A stretch of 64,000 nt of DNA from an uncultured Candidatus Saccharibacteria bacterium. Its GTDB lineage: Bacteria; Patescibacteriota; Minisyncoccia; Phycocordibacterales; JACOZG01. This document shows positions 9,497 through 18,519 of this stretch, piece by piece (positions within the stretch are counted from its first letter, which is position 1; each line of letters starts with the position of its first letter). A model generated the notes under the pieces. That model made no database searches, had not been told where the DNA came from, and saw nothing but the letters and a program-made list of their open reading frames with translations. Both the position numbers and the translations under genes were made by a program. The stretch lies in NCBI GenBank assembly GCA_965230925.1, contig OZ246403.1:68360-132359 (forward strand), read 5' to 3'.

Positions 9497-9537
9497 ATCC
9501 CCTGGATCAACAGATCTAGGGGATTTTCATTTTTTGA
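9497..9537 (+). terminator. Rho-independent terminator
   Basis: atcccct at 9497-9503 pairs with aggggat at 9518-9524, followed by tttcatttttt. Confidence 0.6.
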
Positions 9538-9551
9538 TCATGATATAATAA

Positions 9552-10433
9552 ATGCACTTCATCATGCCCCATCTTCACGACGAGAAAATTAAGTTTTTGG
9601 AACAAAAGGCGAATGATATTCGTCGCTCGATCATTGAGATGCTGGTGGCTGCAGGTTCTGGTCACACGGCGGGGCCCTTGGGTATGGCCGATATTTTCAC
9701 CGCGCTCTATTTTCATCTTTTAAATCACGATCCTAAGCGACCAAATTGGGACGATCGCGACAGAGTGATTCTCTCTAATGGTCACATTTGCCCCGTGCTC
9801 TACGCCACGATGGCGCATGCCGGGTACTTCCCTGTGGAAGAACTCAAGACATTGCGCCGCTTCGGTTCTCGGCTCCAGGGTCATCCTCATCGTGAGTGGT
9901 TGCCCGCGCTTGAGACCAGTTCTGGTCCGCTTGGTTCTGGCCTTTCGCAAGCGGTGGGCATGGCGCTCGCTGAGCGTATCGATCGCGGCCGCGCTTCAGA
10001 TAAATTTTTCTATTGTCTCATGAGCGACGGCGAGTTCGATGCTGGGAATACTTGGGAGGGGATCTTGCTCGCGGGTAAAGAATCACTACACAATCTCATT
10101 GCGATCGTTGATCGCAATAATATTCAGATCGACGGCTTTACCGAGGACATCATGCCGCTTGAGCCGTTTAAGGCCAAGCTCGAGGCCTTCAACTGGCAGG
10201 TGCTCGAGATCGATGGTCACAACTTCGAGCAAATTAGTGATGCTGTCGGCCGAGCGAAGGCAGTGTTTAATAATCCCTCGATCATCATCGCTAACACCAT
10301 TCCCGGCAAAGGTGTGGCTGAATTTGAGCGCAAAGTTGAGTGGCACGGCAAACCACCAAATAAAGACGAAGCCAAAAACGCTTTGCATGAACTAAGGACG
10401 CTTTGGGGAAAGGTAAAGAGTGAGCATGAGTAA
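9552..10433 (+). CDS. tkt: Transketolase, N-terminal subunit (split transketolase)
   Basis: TPP-binding N-terminal motifs (GSGHTAGPLGMADI...SNGHICPVLYA), 293 aa with no C-terminal half. Confidence 0.9.
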   Translation: MHFIMPHLHDEKIKFLEQKANDIRRSIIEMLVAAGSGHTAGPLGMADIFTALYFHLLNHDPKRPNWDDRDRVILSNGHICPVLYATMAHAGYFPVEELKTLRRFGSRLQGHPHREWLPALETSSGPLGSGLSQAVGMALAERIDRGRASDKFFYCLMSDGEFDAGNTWEGILLAGKESLHNLIAIVDRNNIQIDGFTEDIMPLEPFKAKLEAFNWQVLEIDGHNFEQISDAVGRAKAVFNNPSIIIANTIPGKGVAEFERKVEWHGKPPNKDEAKNALHELRTLWGKVKSEHE

Positions 10434-10677
10434 AAACCACATAATTATTAGTTGTATCTATTTAGCTGTCCTGTTAATGTTTTTCCTTCGCTCCACTCTT
10501 GAAAAAGCTGTCCCAGTTTCTATAATATTTTTGATCTTTTCTTTGGTTCTCATACTCAAAAAACGATTTCCTTATACAGCTTTTTCCTTAATAGTTTTTA
10601 TAATCTCTGTTTTACACGTAATTTTGTTCCCGCTACTTGCGGTGCTTATCATTTTTTCTGGTGGACCTGCGTTATAA
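10420..10677 (+). CDS. Small three-TM membrane protein, paralog 1 of 5
   Basis: 85 aa, three hydrophobic helices, and a KKRFPY loop between TM2 and TM3. AT-rich codons. It overlaps the tkt N-subunit stop by 14 nt. Confidence 0.5.
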   Translation: MSMSKNHIIISCIYLAVLLMFFLRSTLEKAVPVSIIFLIFSLVLILKKRFPYTAFSLIVFIISVLHVILFPLLAVLIIFSGGPAL

Positions 10678-10722
10678 TTGTACTTATAGTGATTAACTCA
10701 AACCAACAAGTGGCCACAATCG

Positions 10723-11064
10723 GTGCGGTTTATAAAAATCTACATGAGTAGCTCTAAACTAAAAAAGTTTTTTCACTTTACTAACACCAGAATGTCTTTG
10801 GCTATCTTGATTTTTGTTATCGGACTCATTTTGTTGTTAGGTTTATTGCCGCAAGCACTAAACGATCACGGCGGAGCAACAACCTCTTTGGGAGGCTTGT
10901 TTCTGGCTATTATTTTCTGGCCAGGAGCCGTTTTTATGAGTCTTGGTCAGGTTTTGTCCTTAGGTTTTATCTTTGCCCCTATAGCTTTTGTAGCCAGCGT
11001 TCTGTATTTTTACGCGTTGTCTTGTGTTTTCTGTAATCTTGTTTCTTATATAAAAAATAAATAA
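10723..11064 (+). CDS. Small three-TM membrane protein, paralog 2 of 5 (start uncertain; internal ATGs at 10744 and 10789)
   Basis: 113-aa ORF with three hydrophobic segments, in an AT-rich region. Confidence 0.45.
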   Translation: MRFIKIYMSSSKLKKFFHFTNTRMSLAILIFVIGLILLLGLLPQALNDHGGATTSLGGLFLAIIFWPGAVFMSLGQVLSLGFIFAPIAFVASVLYFYALSCVFCNLVSYIKNK

Positions 11065-11066
11065 TC

Positions 11067-11354
11067 ATGAGTAAGTTTCTTAAATTCGTCGAACTGTTAT
11101 CGGTTTCTTATTTTGCAATCTCAGCCCCAATACTCTTTTTGAGCTTGCGGCCAACGTTTTTCGATATTCTTTTTCCTAAGGTGATGTTGATTGGTGGTCC
11201 AATAAGTTTAATGATGACCCCCCCATTGATAATTTATTTTCAAAAACCACCCAAAATAAGGTGGCCCGCCGGATTTTCTCTAGCAACCGCTTCTATTATT
11301 AGTCTTTGCTTCTTGTTTTTCTTGGCGCTCCTTTGGTCGGTAGATTTAATTTAA
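11067..11354 (+). CDS. Small three-TM membrane protein, paralog 3 of 5
   Basis: 95 aa, MSKFLKF N-terminus, QKPPKIRWP loop between TM2 and TM3. Confidence 0.5.
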   Translation: MSKFLKFVELLSVSYFAISAPILFLSLRPTFFDILFPKVMLIGGPISLMMTPPLIIYFQKPPKIRWPAGFSLATASIISLCFLFFLALLWSVDLI

Positions 11355-11406
11355 AAAGTTAATCTCAGTCAGTAGTTTCAACTTCGTGATATCATTTTAA
11401 ACGAGC

Positions 11407-11697
11407 ATGAGTAAACTTAAGAAAATAAATTGGTGGATTAGTTTAGGTTTTCTTGTCGTGCTTGTTTCTTCGTTTCTGATTCCATATATTTTTCCTCTCG
11501 ATCTTTTGCCTTATCTGCTTGGCGTACTCCCATTCATTTGGATTCTATCTATTATTGATTTAATAAAACCACCAAGGTCTAAACTAGTAATTTTGGTAAT
11601 GATTTTAGCTGTAGTATTTTACCTTGTTCACGATACTCTATTTCATTGCGGCCTGTCCTGGGGAAAATTATTCGAAGAGGGTAAAATCTGCATTTAG
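11407..11697 (+). CDS. Small three-TM membrane protein, paralog 4 of 5
   Basis: 96 aa, MSKLKKI N-terminus, IKPPRSK loop between TM2 and TM3. Confidence 0.5.
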   Translation: MSKLKKINWWISLGFLVVLVSSFLIPYIFPLDLLPYLLGVLPFIWILSIIDLIKPPRSKLVILVMILAVVFYLVHDTLFHCGLSWGKLFEEGKICI

Positions 11698-11750
11698 AAG
11701 TTAACCCCAGGCGGTGAATTTTATTTTTTTGGTTGTGTTAAAATTTATAC

Positions 11751-12023
11751 ATGGTATTTATCGCGGTTTTATATTTGATTGGCTCTCTCGTAACCATCTT
11801 TAATTTTATTTCCGTACCACTTTTGGACCTTTCCTTTCCTAATGTAGTGGTAGCGCTAGTGGTTGGTTCGATTACTTTTACTGCTTCACCACTATTGCTC
11901 ATTGGAAGTCTAATCTCAATTTTCTACCTCAAGAAGAGGTCGCCATTATTTTTTGTTGTTATGGCAGTATCGCTTGTGATGTCGCTATTTTACATTTATT
12001 CTTTTTTGCGTCCGACATATTAA
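11751..12023 (+). CDS. Small three-TM membrane protein, paralog 5 of 5
   Basis: 90 aa, LKKRSP loop between TM2 and TM3. It ends 1 nt before the tkt C-subunit start. Confidence 0.5.
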   Translation: MVFIAVLYLIGSLVTIFNFISVPLLDLSFPNVVVALVVGSITFTASPLLLIGSLISIFYLKKRSPLFFVVMAVSLVMSLFYIYSFLRPTY

Positions 12024-12024
12024 A

Positions 12025-13011
12025 ATGCTCAACCCCAACCAACATTTAAATCCCAGACTTTTTGATCTGAATGTCGAGCAGGTGCCGATTCGGAAGGGTT
12101 TTGGCGAGGGATTACTCGCGGCGGCGGAGAAGGATGAACGGATTGTGGGCTTGTGCGCGGATCTTACGGAAAGTACGCAGATGCATTTGTTTCGGAATAA
12201 ATTCCCGAATCGCTTTGTGGAGATTGGTGTCGCGGAGCAAAATTTGGCCACTGTTGCCTCGGGCATGGCGGCGATGGGCAAGATCCCATTCTTGAGTTCT
12301 TACGCCATGTTTAGCCCGGGTCGGAATTGGGAGCAGATTCGCACGACGATTTGCTATAACGACCAAGATGTGAAGATTGTGGGCTCGCATGCTGGTGTTT
12401 CTGTTGGTCCCGATGGCGGTACGCACCAAGCGATTGAGGACATTGCGATTATGCGCGTGATCCCACGGATGACGGTGGTAGTGCCATGCGATACGATTGA
12501 GGCCAAGAAGGCGACCCTCGCGATTGCGGCTAAGCGCGGTGCCACTTACTTGCGCTTGGCGCGAGAGAAAACGCCAGTAATTACCACCGAAGATACACCC
12601 TTCGAGCTCGGTAAAGCCAATGTGCTCATGGACCCCGAAGACGCTCAAGTGGCGATCTTCGCTTGTGGTCAACCGGTTTACAATGCTCTTGTGGCGGCGA
12701 AAAAGTTAGATAAAGAGGGAATTAAAGTCGCGGTAATTAATTTACATACGATTAAACCACTTGATACGAAAACGATTTTACACTTTGCCAAAAAGGCGGG
12801 GAAAATTCTTACCGTCGAAGAACATCAGAAGCATAGCGGCATGGGCAGTGCCATCGCCGAATTTTTGGTAGAAAATTACCCAATCCCGATGGCCATCCTC
12901 GGCGTCAATGACGAATTCGGCCAAAGCGGCACTCCCGAGCAACTCGTGGAGCACTATGGTCTCGGTGTTGACTCAATTGTGGAGAAGACGAAGAGTTTAA
13001 CTAAGAATTAA
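12025..13011 (+). CDS. tkt: Transketolase, C-terminal subunit (pyrimidine-binding plus C-terminal domains)
   Basis: FGEGLLAAAEKDERIVGLCADL and EIGVAEQNLATVASGMA motifs, 328 aa. Confidence 0.9.
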   Translation: MLNPNQHLNPRLFDLNVEQVPIRKGFGEGLLAAAEKDERIVGLCADLTESTQMHLFRNKFPNRFVEIGVAEQNLATVASGMAAMGKIPFLSSYAMFSPGRNWEQIRTTICYNDQDVKIVGSHAGVSVGPDGGTHQAIEDIAIMRVIPRMTVVVPCDTIEAKKATLAIAAKRGATYLRLAREKTPVITTEDTPFELGKANVLMDPEDAQVAIFACGQPVYNALVAAKKLDKEGIKVAVINLHTIKPLDTKTILHFAKKAGKILTVEEHQKHSGMGSAIAEFLVENYPIPMAILGVNDEFGQSGTPEQLVEHYGLGVDSIVEKTKSLTKN

Positions 13012-14542
13012 TATCTGAAAGGTAGTCAGTGGGTAAGCCAACCGGAGGAAGTTGTTGGGAGAATTCTTTAGCTGATTCGATCCAATCTTCACCACCTGAA
13101 GCGGGGTAAATGATTGTTTTGTTGCCCAACAGTTGCTGGGTATTGTTGTCGCCCACCCAACGGGGGAAATAACTTTCCAGTTGTTGTAGGGCTTCGCTAG
13201 TAGAATAGGCTCTAAGACAACCAGCATAAGCACCATCTGGCTCTGGTGCGTCCCAACCGCAAGTTTCTGGGTCTGGTGCCGGGCCCCAGTCATGCATGAC
13301 CCACAAGTCTTCTACCACATTGTCTAAGCCAACGAAATCAACGGTTAAATTTCTGGCATTCTCGTCTAAGTCATTCCACCAATAGCGGGCGGCGGTACCA
13401 AGAATAAATTTAGAGTTAGGAACATTGTTTTTTACCACTTCCACCAGGGCGCGAGTCCAAGCAATGCGGTCTCGGCCGTCATTAGGCGCATAGTCGGGCA
13501 AAATCTCGGGCAACCACCACCAGAATTCAATATCTTGATTATTGGCCGCGGCGGCAAGAGGTTGGAGAGCAAGAGCAAGCGCCTGGTAATCAATGGGATA
13601 ATAGTCGAAGTTGTAGCCAGTGAGGTTGGTTTCATTTTCTAATACGATCTGTTTATTGCCCGTGTCTTCAGCAATGGCAATAGCGGCAGAAGCAATCGTT
13701 TGCCAAGCTGCGGCATTGGCAAAATCATAGAGAGGTGTACCACCAGTAGCTGGAGATATGGGCAAAGGCATGGCGGAAAGAGTTTTGATCCCGCCAATAA
13801 TTTCTAAACCAGGTGGTTTGCGATCATTTACTTCATTGTAAAAGTTGGTGTAGGCATATTCGTGGCGGGTGGTAAAAATTGTTCGATGAGACACTTTGGC
13901 GATATCGGGCAAGGCTTCCATGGCAAAGTCGAGCACATCCATCTCGGCGGTGGCCCCATCTTCTTCAGTATAAAATTCGGACGCTGGCCAGTCGGGCACA
14001 TTCACTTCCTTCCAAAAAATAAGTTCCGGCAAAACCTTAAGCGTAATAGTTCCGCGGTCAGTATTACCATCGCTATCGGTCACACGGAAGGTAAAGCTGT
14101 CGGTGCCCTTGAACCCCGCCTCCGGCGTATACGGTACGCGCGCTTCACGACCAAGTGACTGAATTACTCCCAAATGTCCATGACTTGGTTGCGTGCTGAT
14201 GGCAAAGGTCAAGTTGGGGTCGTCATCGTCATTGGCCTTCATGGTGAAAAGTAGGGTTTTCTCTTTTTGGGCTAAATAGCTGGAGTTCCTAGCTCTTGGC
14301 TTGAAGTCGGGCTCGGGAATTTCTGAAAGTGGGGGATTTTGATTTCCTGAATCACCGGAAGCAGAAAGTCTTTGTTCAATAGTCACCGTCGGTTCGACTT
14401 CGTCTACCAGCAAGAGCTTTGCCCCGCCCGAACGCGAGAGTTGATCGGAGAAAAAGAGCTGTTGCCCGACTACATAAAAGAAACCGAACGTTAGGACGAC
14501 GAGAAGCGACGCCAACAAGGTGGCTTTATCTTTCATTGACAC
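13001..14542 (-). CDS. Membrane-anchored exported protein with an Ig-like (cadherin/He_PIG-like) domain and a large uncharacterised C-terminal domain
   Basis: N-terminal TM segment (LLASLLVVLTFGFFYVV), an Ig-like block (FTFRVTDSDGNTDRGTITLKV), 513 aa. Confidence 0.6.
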   Translation of the reverse strand: MSMKDKATLLASLLVVLTFGFFYVVGQQLFFSDQLSRSGGAKLLLVDEVEPTVTIEQRLSASGDSGNQNPPLSEIPEPDFKPRARNSSYLAQKEKTLLFTMKANDDDDPNLTFAISTQPSHGHLGVIQSLGREARVPYTPEAGFKGTDSFTFRVTDSDGNTDRGTITLKVLPELIFWKEVNVPDWPASEFYTEEDGATAEMDVLDFAMEALPDIAKVSHRTIFTTRHEYAYTNFYNEVNDRKPPGLEIIGGIKTLSAMPLPISPATGGTPLYDFANAAAWQTIASAAIAIAEDTGNKQIVLENETNLTGYNFDYYPIDYQALALALQPLAAAANNQDIEFWWWLPEILPDYAPNDGRDRIAWTRALVEVVKNNVPNSKFILGTAARYWWNDLDENARNLTVDFVGLDNVVEDLWVMHDWGPAPDPETCGWDAPEPDGAYAGCLRAYSTSEALQQLESYFPRWVGDNNTQQLLGNKTIIYPASGGEDWIESAKEFSQQLPPVGLPTDYLSDINS

Positions 14543-14596
14543 GGTAAATTATAACGCATAAATAATTTTTATTAGTCTAACTGGGGAAAAGTGTGA

Positions 14597-15844
14597 TTGT
14601 TTAAAAGTGATCGTGCTATAATTTCCTCCGTGCGACGGCCCCGGATACTTATGTTCGGTTGGGAGTTTCCGCCACACAACAGTGGTGGACTGGGCACGGC
14701 CTGCTTCGGCCTGACGAGAGCACTTGCGAGTGTTGGAGCCGAGGTGATTTTTGTCTTGCCTAAACACATGCCAGTAGAGGCGGATTTTTTGCGTTTTCGC
14801 TTTGCCGGCATTGAGAATGTTAAGTTCCGACGGGTACCGGGTTTGCTCTATCCGTATGTCACAAGCGAGAAATATGCCGAGATGCGTAATGGAATCAATT
14901 CTAATCTTTATGGTTGGAGCTTGCTCGAAGAAGTTCAGCTCTATGCCGAGCGCGCGGCGGCCATTGCGGCCGAAGAAGACTTCGATATTATCCACGCGCA
15001 CGATTGGCTCGCCTATCCAGCCGGGCTCGCGGCTAAGGCGGTGAGTGGGAAGCCGCTCGTGGTGCACGTTCACGCCACCGAGTTTGATCGGACTGGCGGG
15101 ACTGGGGTGAATGAACAAGTGTACGCTATTGAAAAAGCGGGGATGGAACAGGCCGAGCAGGTGGTGACCGTGAGTGGTTGGACCAAAAATATTGTGGAGA
15201 AAAATTATGCGATTCCGAGTGAGAAAATTAAGGTGGTGCACAATGGCGTGGATATCGAAAACTTGGCGAGTCGGAAGCCGTTGCCACTCGCGGCCCTCAA
15301 ACAAGCCGGAAACAAAATGGTGCTCTTTGTTGGCCGGATTACTTTGCAAAAAGGTCCGGATTATTTTATCCAACTCGCTAAGCGGGTGCTGGAACTTGAG
15401 CCAAAAACTTATTTTGTGGTTGCTGGTTCGGGCGACATGGAAGCGCAAACTATTCGCCAAGCGGCGGCGCTTGGTATCGCCGATCGCGTGATCTTCGCTG
15501 GTTTCTTGCGCGGCGCCGAGCTCGATGCCATGTATCGCGCCGCTGATATTTATATTTTACCTTCTGTCTCCGAGCCGTTTGGCATTACACCGCTTGAGTC
15601 ACTGGCCGCTGGTACGCCGGTGCTCGTTTCTAAACAATCCGGCGTGGCCGAAGTGGTGAAGCACGCACTCAAAGTTGATTTCTGGGATGTGGAAGAAATG
15701 ACTAATCAAGTTGTTACTGCGCTCCGCCACCCGCCGCTCCAGCAAACTCTCGCCAATTACGGCAATCAAGAAGTCCAAAAAGTCACTTGGATGGAAGCAG
15801 CGAAGAAGTGTATAGACCTCTATCGGAATTTTATTCCAGTTTGA
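14597..15844 (+). CDS. GT-B glycosyltransferase, glycogen/alpha-glucan synthase-like
   Basis: N-terminus RILMFGWEFPPHNSGGLGTA resembles the (K)TGGL motif of glucan synthases. A C-terminal GT1/GT4-like fold is present. GH57 and GH15 genes follow. Start codon is uncertain (TTG at 14597 or ATG at 14651). Confidence 0.7.
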   Translation: MFKSDRAIISSVRRPRILMFGWEFPPHNSGGLGTACFGLTRALASVGAEVIFVLPKHMPVEADFLRFRFAGIENVKFRRVPGLLYPYVTSEKYAEMRNGINSNLYGWSLLEEVQLYAERAAAIAAEEDFDIIHAHDWLAYPAGLAAKAVSGKPLVVHVHATEFDRTGGTGVNEQVYAIEKAGMEQAEQVVTVSGWTKNIVEKNYAIPSEKIKVVHNGVDIENLASRKPLPLAALKQAGNKMVLFVGRITLQKGPDYFIQLAKRVLELEPKTYFVVAGSGDMEAQTIRQAAALGIADRVIFAGFLRGAELDAMYRAADIYILPSVSEPFGITPLESLAAGTPVLVSKQSGVAEVVKHALKVDFWDVEEMTNQVVTALRHPPLQQTLANYGNQEVQKVTWMEAAKKCIDLYRNFIPV

Positions 15845-15930
15845 CGGGGTTTATTAGCTGGTTACAATAAGCCCGGACCTAGTTGTTTGGGGGCCCCATA
15901 ACGGGTCAGTTTCAACAGTGGAGGACGTTT

Positions 15931-16320
15931 ATGGTGCTTAGGATTTGGGCAAGGATGCGTTGGCGCGCGTTGCGTCGAGCACGAGACCTGATTGGTAAGG
16001 AGCCAGAAGTAGATAGAAACACGCTGATTTGGCGAAACAAGAAAGGGCTGATGGTTAGCTATCAGAGAGATGGCTACCTGAGTATCGCGTGGGGGCAGGC
16101 CACCAAGCAGTTCTATATCCCAATCAAGGGGCGTCGACTCCAGTTTGATGAAGGTAGGCTGTCGATTTCGCAAGGGGAAGGTGGTTTGAACATCTACTCG
16201 GTGCCAGATTCGGCAAAAGACAAACTCGAAAACCTGTTGTCGGCAATTCAAAAGAAAGTCGACAAAAAGCTCCGTAAGAAAAAGAAACGAATCAAGACCA
16301 AGAAGCGTCGAGTGGCCTAA
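15931..16320 (+). CDS. Hypothetical protein with a PH-like core and a Lys-rich C-terminus
   Basis: GGAGG RBS 7 nt upstream of the ATG at 15931. C-terminal KKLRKKKKRIKTKKRR. Confidence 0.4.
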   Translation: MVLRIWARMRWRALRRARDLIGKEPEVDRNTLIWRNKKGLMVSYQRDGYLSIAWGQATKQFYIPIKGRRLQFDEGRLSISQGEGGLNIYSVPDSAKDKLENLLSAIQKKVDKKLRKKKKRIKTKKRRVA

Positions 16321-16349
16321 AAAGCTGCTGTATCCAAGGTGTGAGTTCC

Positions 16350-16377
16350 GGGTCCTGCGCCGCAGGACCCTTTTTGT
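16350..16377 (+). terminator. Rho-independent terminator
   Basis: gggtcctg / caggaccc stem followed by ttttt. Confidence 0.75.
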
Positions 16378-16465
16378 GTCTACTTAAAATAGAGGTTGCA
16401 CAGTTTCTTAATTTGTGGTAGTTAATAGGTGACGTATTGGATCATTGAAAACTGAAGGTTAGGTC

Positions 16466-16843
16466 TTGTTGAAAGGGATGGCGATGAAAAATAAAGGTTT
16501 AGTTGTCTTCACTGCGGGATGTGCGATTTGTTCCGCGTTTTTTGGAGGAATGTATTGGGAACAACGGACTCAGTTTGCCAAGAAATATGGTGAGACTGAA
16601 GTTTGTCAAAAACAAATCACTGCGTCTTCGAGCCCCAAAGACGTGGAAGCACTCCTTGTCCAAATTGCAGACATTCTTAAAGAGAACGACAACCGTGATC
16701 TGCTTGCGACAGCAGGGGTTCTTTATGCCCTGTCTGGTTGTTTGAATGTCGGTCAGGAGCGTGCGATTGAGATGTTAAGGGTCCTTGTACCCTTCATCGA
16801 AGGGGAAACCATTGCTCTAAAGTTTCCAATATCTCAAACGTGA
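16466..16843 (+). CDS. Hypothetical lipoprotein
   Basis: Hydrophobic N-terminus with a lipobox-like FTAGC. 125 aa. Start may be the ATG at 16478. Confidence 0.45.
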   Translation: MLKGMAMKNKGLVVFTAGCAICSAFFGGMYWEQRTQFAKKYGETEVCQKQITASSSPKDVEALLVQIADILKENDNRDLLATAGVLYALSGCLNVGQERAIEMLRVLVPFIEGETIALKFPISQT

Positions 16844-16865
16844 CTCACGAGCACTGCTGTTTGTG

Positions 16866-16899
16866 ACCCACTCTCGGTTCGAGGGTGGGTTTCTTTTTG
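16866..16899 (+). terminator. Rho-independent terminator
   Basis: 11-bp stem (acccactctcg / cgagggtgggt) followed by ttcttttt. Confidence 0.75.
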
Positions 16900-16927
16900 T
16901 CTGGAAAAGTCGCTATACTGGAGCCAA

Positions 16928-18187
16928 ATGCCAGCCGTTTGCATGTATTTTCAGGTTCATCAGCCCTTGCGGGTGAAGAAGTATCGAGTCTTTGATATTG
17001 GCACAGACGGTGACTATTTCAACGATAATTCCGAGACAAATTTAAATAATAAGCGGATTGTGCACAAAGTGGCCGAGAAGTGTTATGTCCCGGCGAGCAA
17101 AGTGATTCTTGATTTACTGAAACGTCACCCGGAGTTCCACGCTAACTTCTCGATTTCTGGCGTCGCCCTCGAGCAACTTGAGGCTTGGTCGCCCGAGACG
17201 ATTGATCTCTTTAAAAAATTGGTAGACACCGGCCGTGTCGAGATTCTCGGCGAGACGTATCATCATTCACTCTCCTTCTTCTATTCACCCACTGAATTTG
17301 AACATCAGGTTAAGATGCACGCAGCGAAGGTGAAGAAACTTTTTGGCGTTAAACCAAAGATTTTCCGCAATACCGAGCTCTCATATCGTAACGACCTCGG
17401 CACTTGGGCCGAGCAAGCGGGTTACGATGGTGTTCTTACTGAAGGTTGGGATCATTGGTTGGGTTGGAAAAGTCCGAACTTCTTATATCGCCCGCCCGGG
17501 ACGAAGAAAATTAAGCTGTTTTTAAAAAATTATAAACTCTCCGACGACATGGCCTTCCGCTTCGGCGAGCGTTCTTGGCGCGAGTGGCCTCTTACGGCCG
17601 AGAAGTTTGCTCACTGGGTCTCGGCGCATAATGGCGCGGGTGAGATTATCAATCTTTTTATGGACTACGAAACTTTTGGTGAGCATCAATGGGCCGATAG
17701 TGGTATTTTCGATTTTCTCTCCGCTTTGCCAGGCGAGGTCTATAAACATCCCGACAATCGCTTCCTCACCTTGAGCGAAGCGGCGAAGGAGTTTGAGGCG
17801 CGCGATGAGCTTGATTTGCCGAGCATCGTGACTTGGGCCGACACCGAGCGCGATCTCTCGGCCTGGACGGGGAATGATATGCAAAATTATGCGCTCAAGA
17901 CAATTTATGATCTCGAGCCCGTGGTTCTCGAAACCGAAAATAAAAACCTGATCGAGAGCTGGCGTCGACTCCAAACCTCCGATCACTTCTACTATATGTG
18001 CACCAAGTGGTTCGCCGACGGCGATGTCCATGCCTACTTCAACCCCTACGCCTCACCCTACGAAGCATTTATTGCTTATATCAACGCGGTGACCGACCTC
18101 AAGTGGAGATTAGAACAGATGCCACGTGAGCAAATCACAGTTCGCCCTTCGCGAGATAAGAAGCGGGTGGTAAAATTAAAGGTATGA
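16928..18187 (+). CDS. Glycoside hydrolase family 57 protein (alpha-amylase or branching-enzyme-like)
   Basis: N-terminal MYFQVHQPLR GH57 signature. 419 aa. Confidence 0.8.
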   Translation: MPAVCMYFQVHQPLRVKKYRVFDIGTDGDYFNDNSETNLNNKRIVHKVAEKCYVPASKVILDLLKRHPEFHANFSISGVALEQLEAWSPETIDLFKKLVDTGRVEILGETYHHSLSFFYSPTEFEHQVKMHAAKVKKLFGVKPKIFRNTELSYRNDLGTWAEQAGYDGVLTEGWDHWLGWKSPNFLYRPPGTKKIKLFLKNYKLSDDMAFRFGERSWREWPLTAEKFAHWVSAHNGAGEIINLFMDYETFGEHQWADSGIFDFLSALPGEVYKHPDNRFLTLSEAAKEFEARDELDLPSIVTWADTERDLSAWTGNDMQNYALKTIYDLEPVVLETENKNLIESWRRLQTSDHFYYMCTKWFADGDVHAYFNPYASPYEAFIAYINAVTDLKWRLEQMPREQITVRPSRDKKRVVKLKV

Positions 18188-18513
18188 TAAAAAAGGAAAC
18201 AAAATCTCCGAAAAAGGTTTCGTCACCGAAAACGGTGAAGGTGAAACCGTCTTTGGTTGTGGCTAACGGTGCACAGGCCTTCTGGGTTCACAATGGGCCG
18301 ATTCTGAAAACTTTGGTCGACCTGAAAAACTTTTTAACCACAGCGACGCTCGACCAGTTTTTCCATCACACCAAGCGCGGTGGTAATGATTTCGCCAAGT
18401 GGGTCAAGGCTGTTTTGCGAGACGAGAAATGTGCGAGTGAACTAGAAAAGGCCGACACACCAAAGAAAGCGCTAGCTGTAATAACGAAGGCAATTAAAGG
18501 CTATAGGCTCTAA
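18184..18513 (+). CDS. Hypothetical protein with a Lys-rich N-terminus
   Basis: Overlaps the GH57 stop (ATGA). 109 aa. Confidence 0.4.
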   Translation: MIKKETKSPKKVSSPKTVKVKPSLVVANGAQAFWVHNGPILKTLVDLKNFLTTATLDQFFHHTKRGGNDFAKWVKAVLRDEKCASELEKADTPKKALAVITKAIKGYRL

Positions 18514-18519
18514 TTTCTA

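Noticed and set aside
14549-15460. 303-aa minus-strand ORF antisense to the glycosyltransferase gene. Other long antisense ORFs in the same category are 4301-5077 opposite gatB, 12112-12672 opposite tkt-C, 37571-38332 opposite ppsA, and 17522-18031 opposite GH57.
   Set aside because: Each overlaps a + strand gene with unmistakable conserved motifs. None has a recognisable domain. Their low-complexity His/Arg/Phe-rich translations are typical of shadow ORFs.
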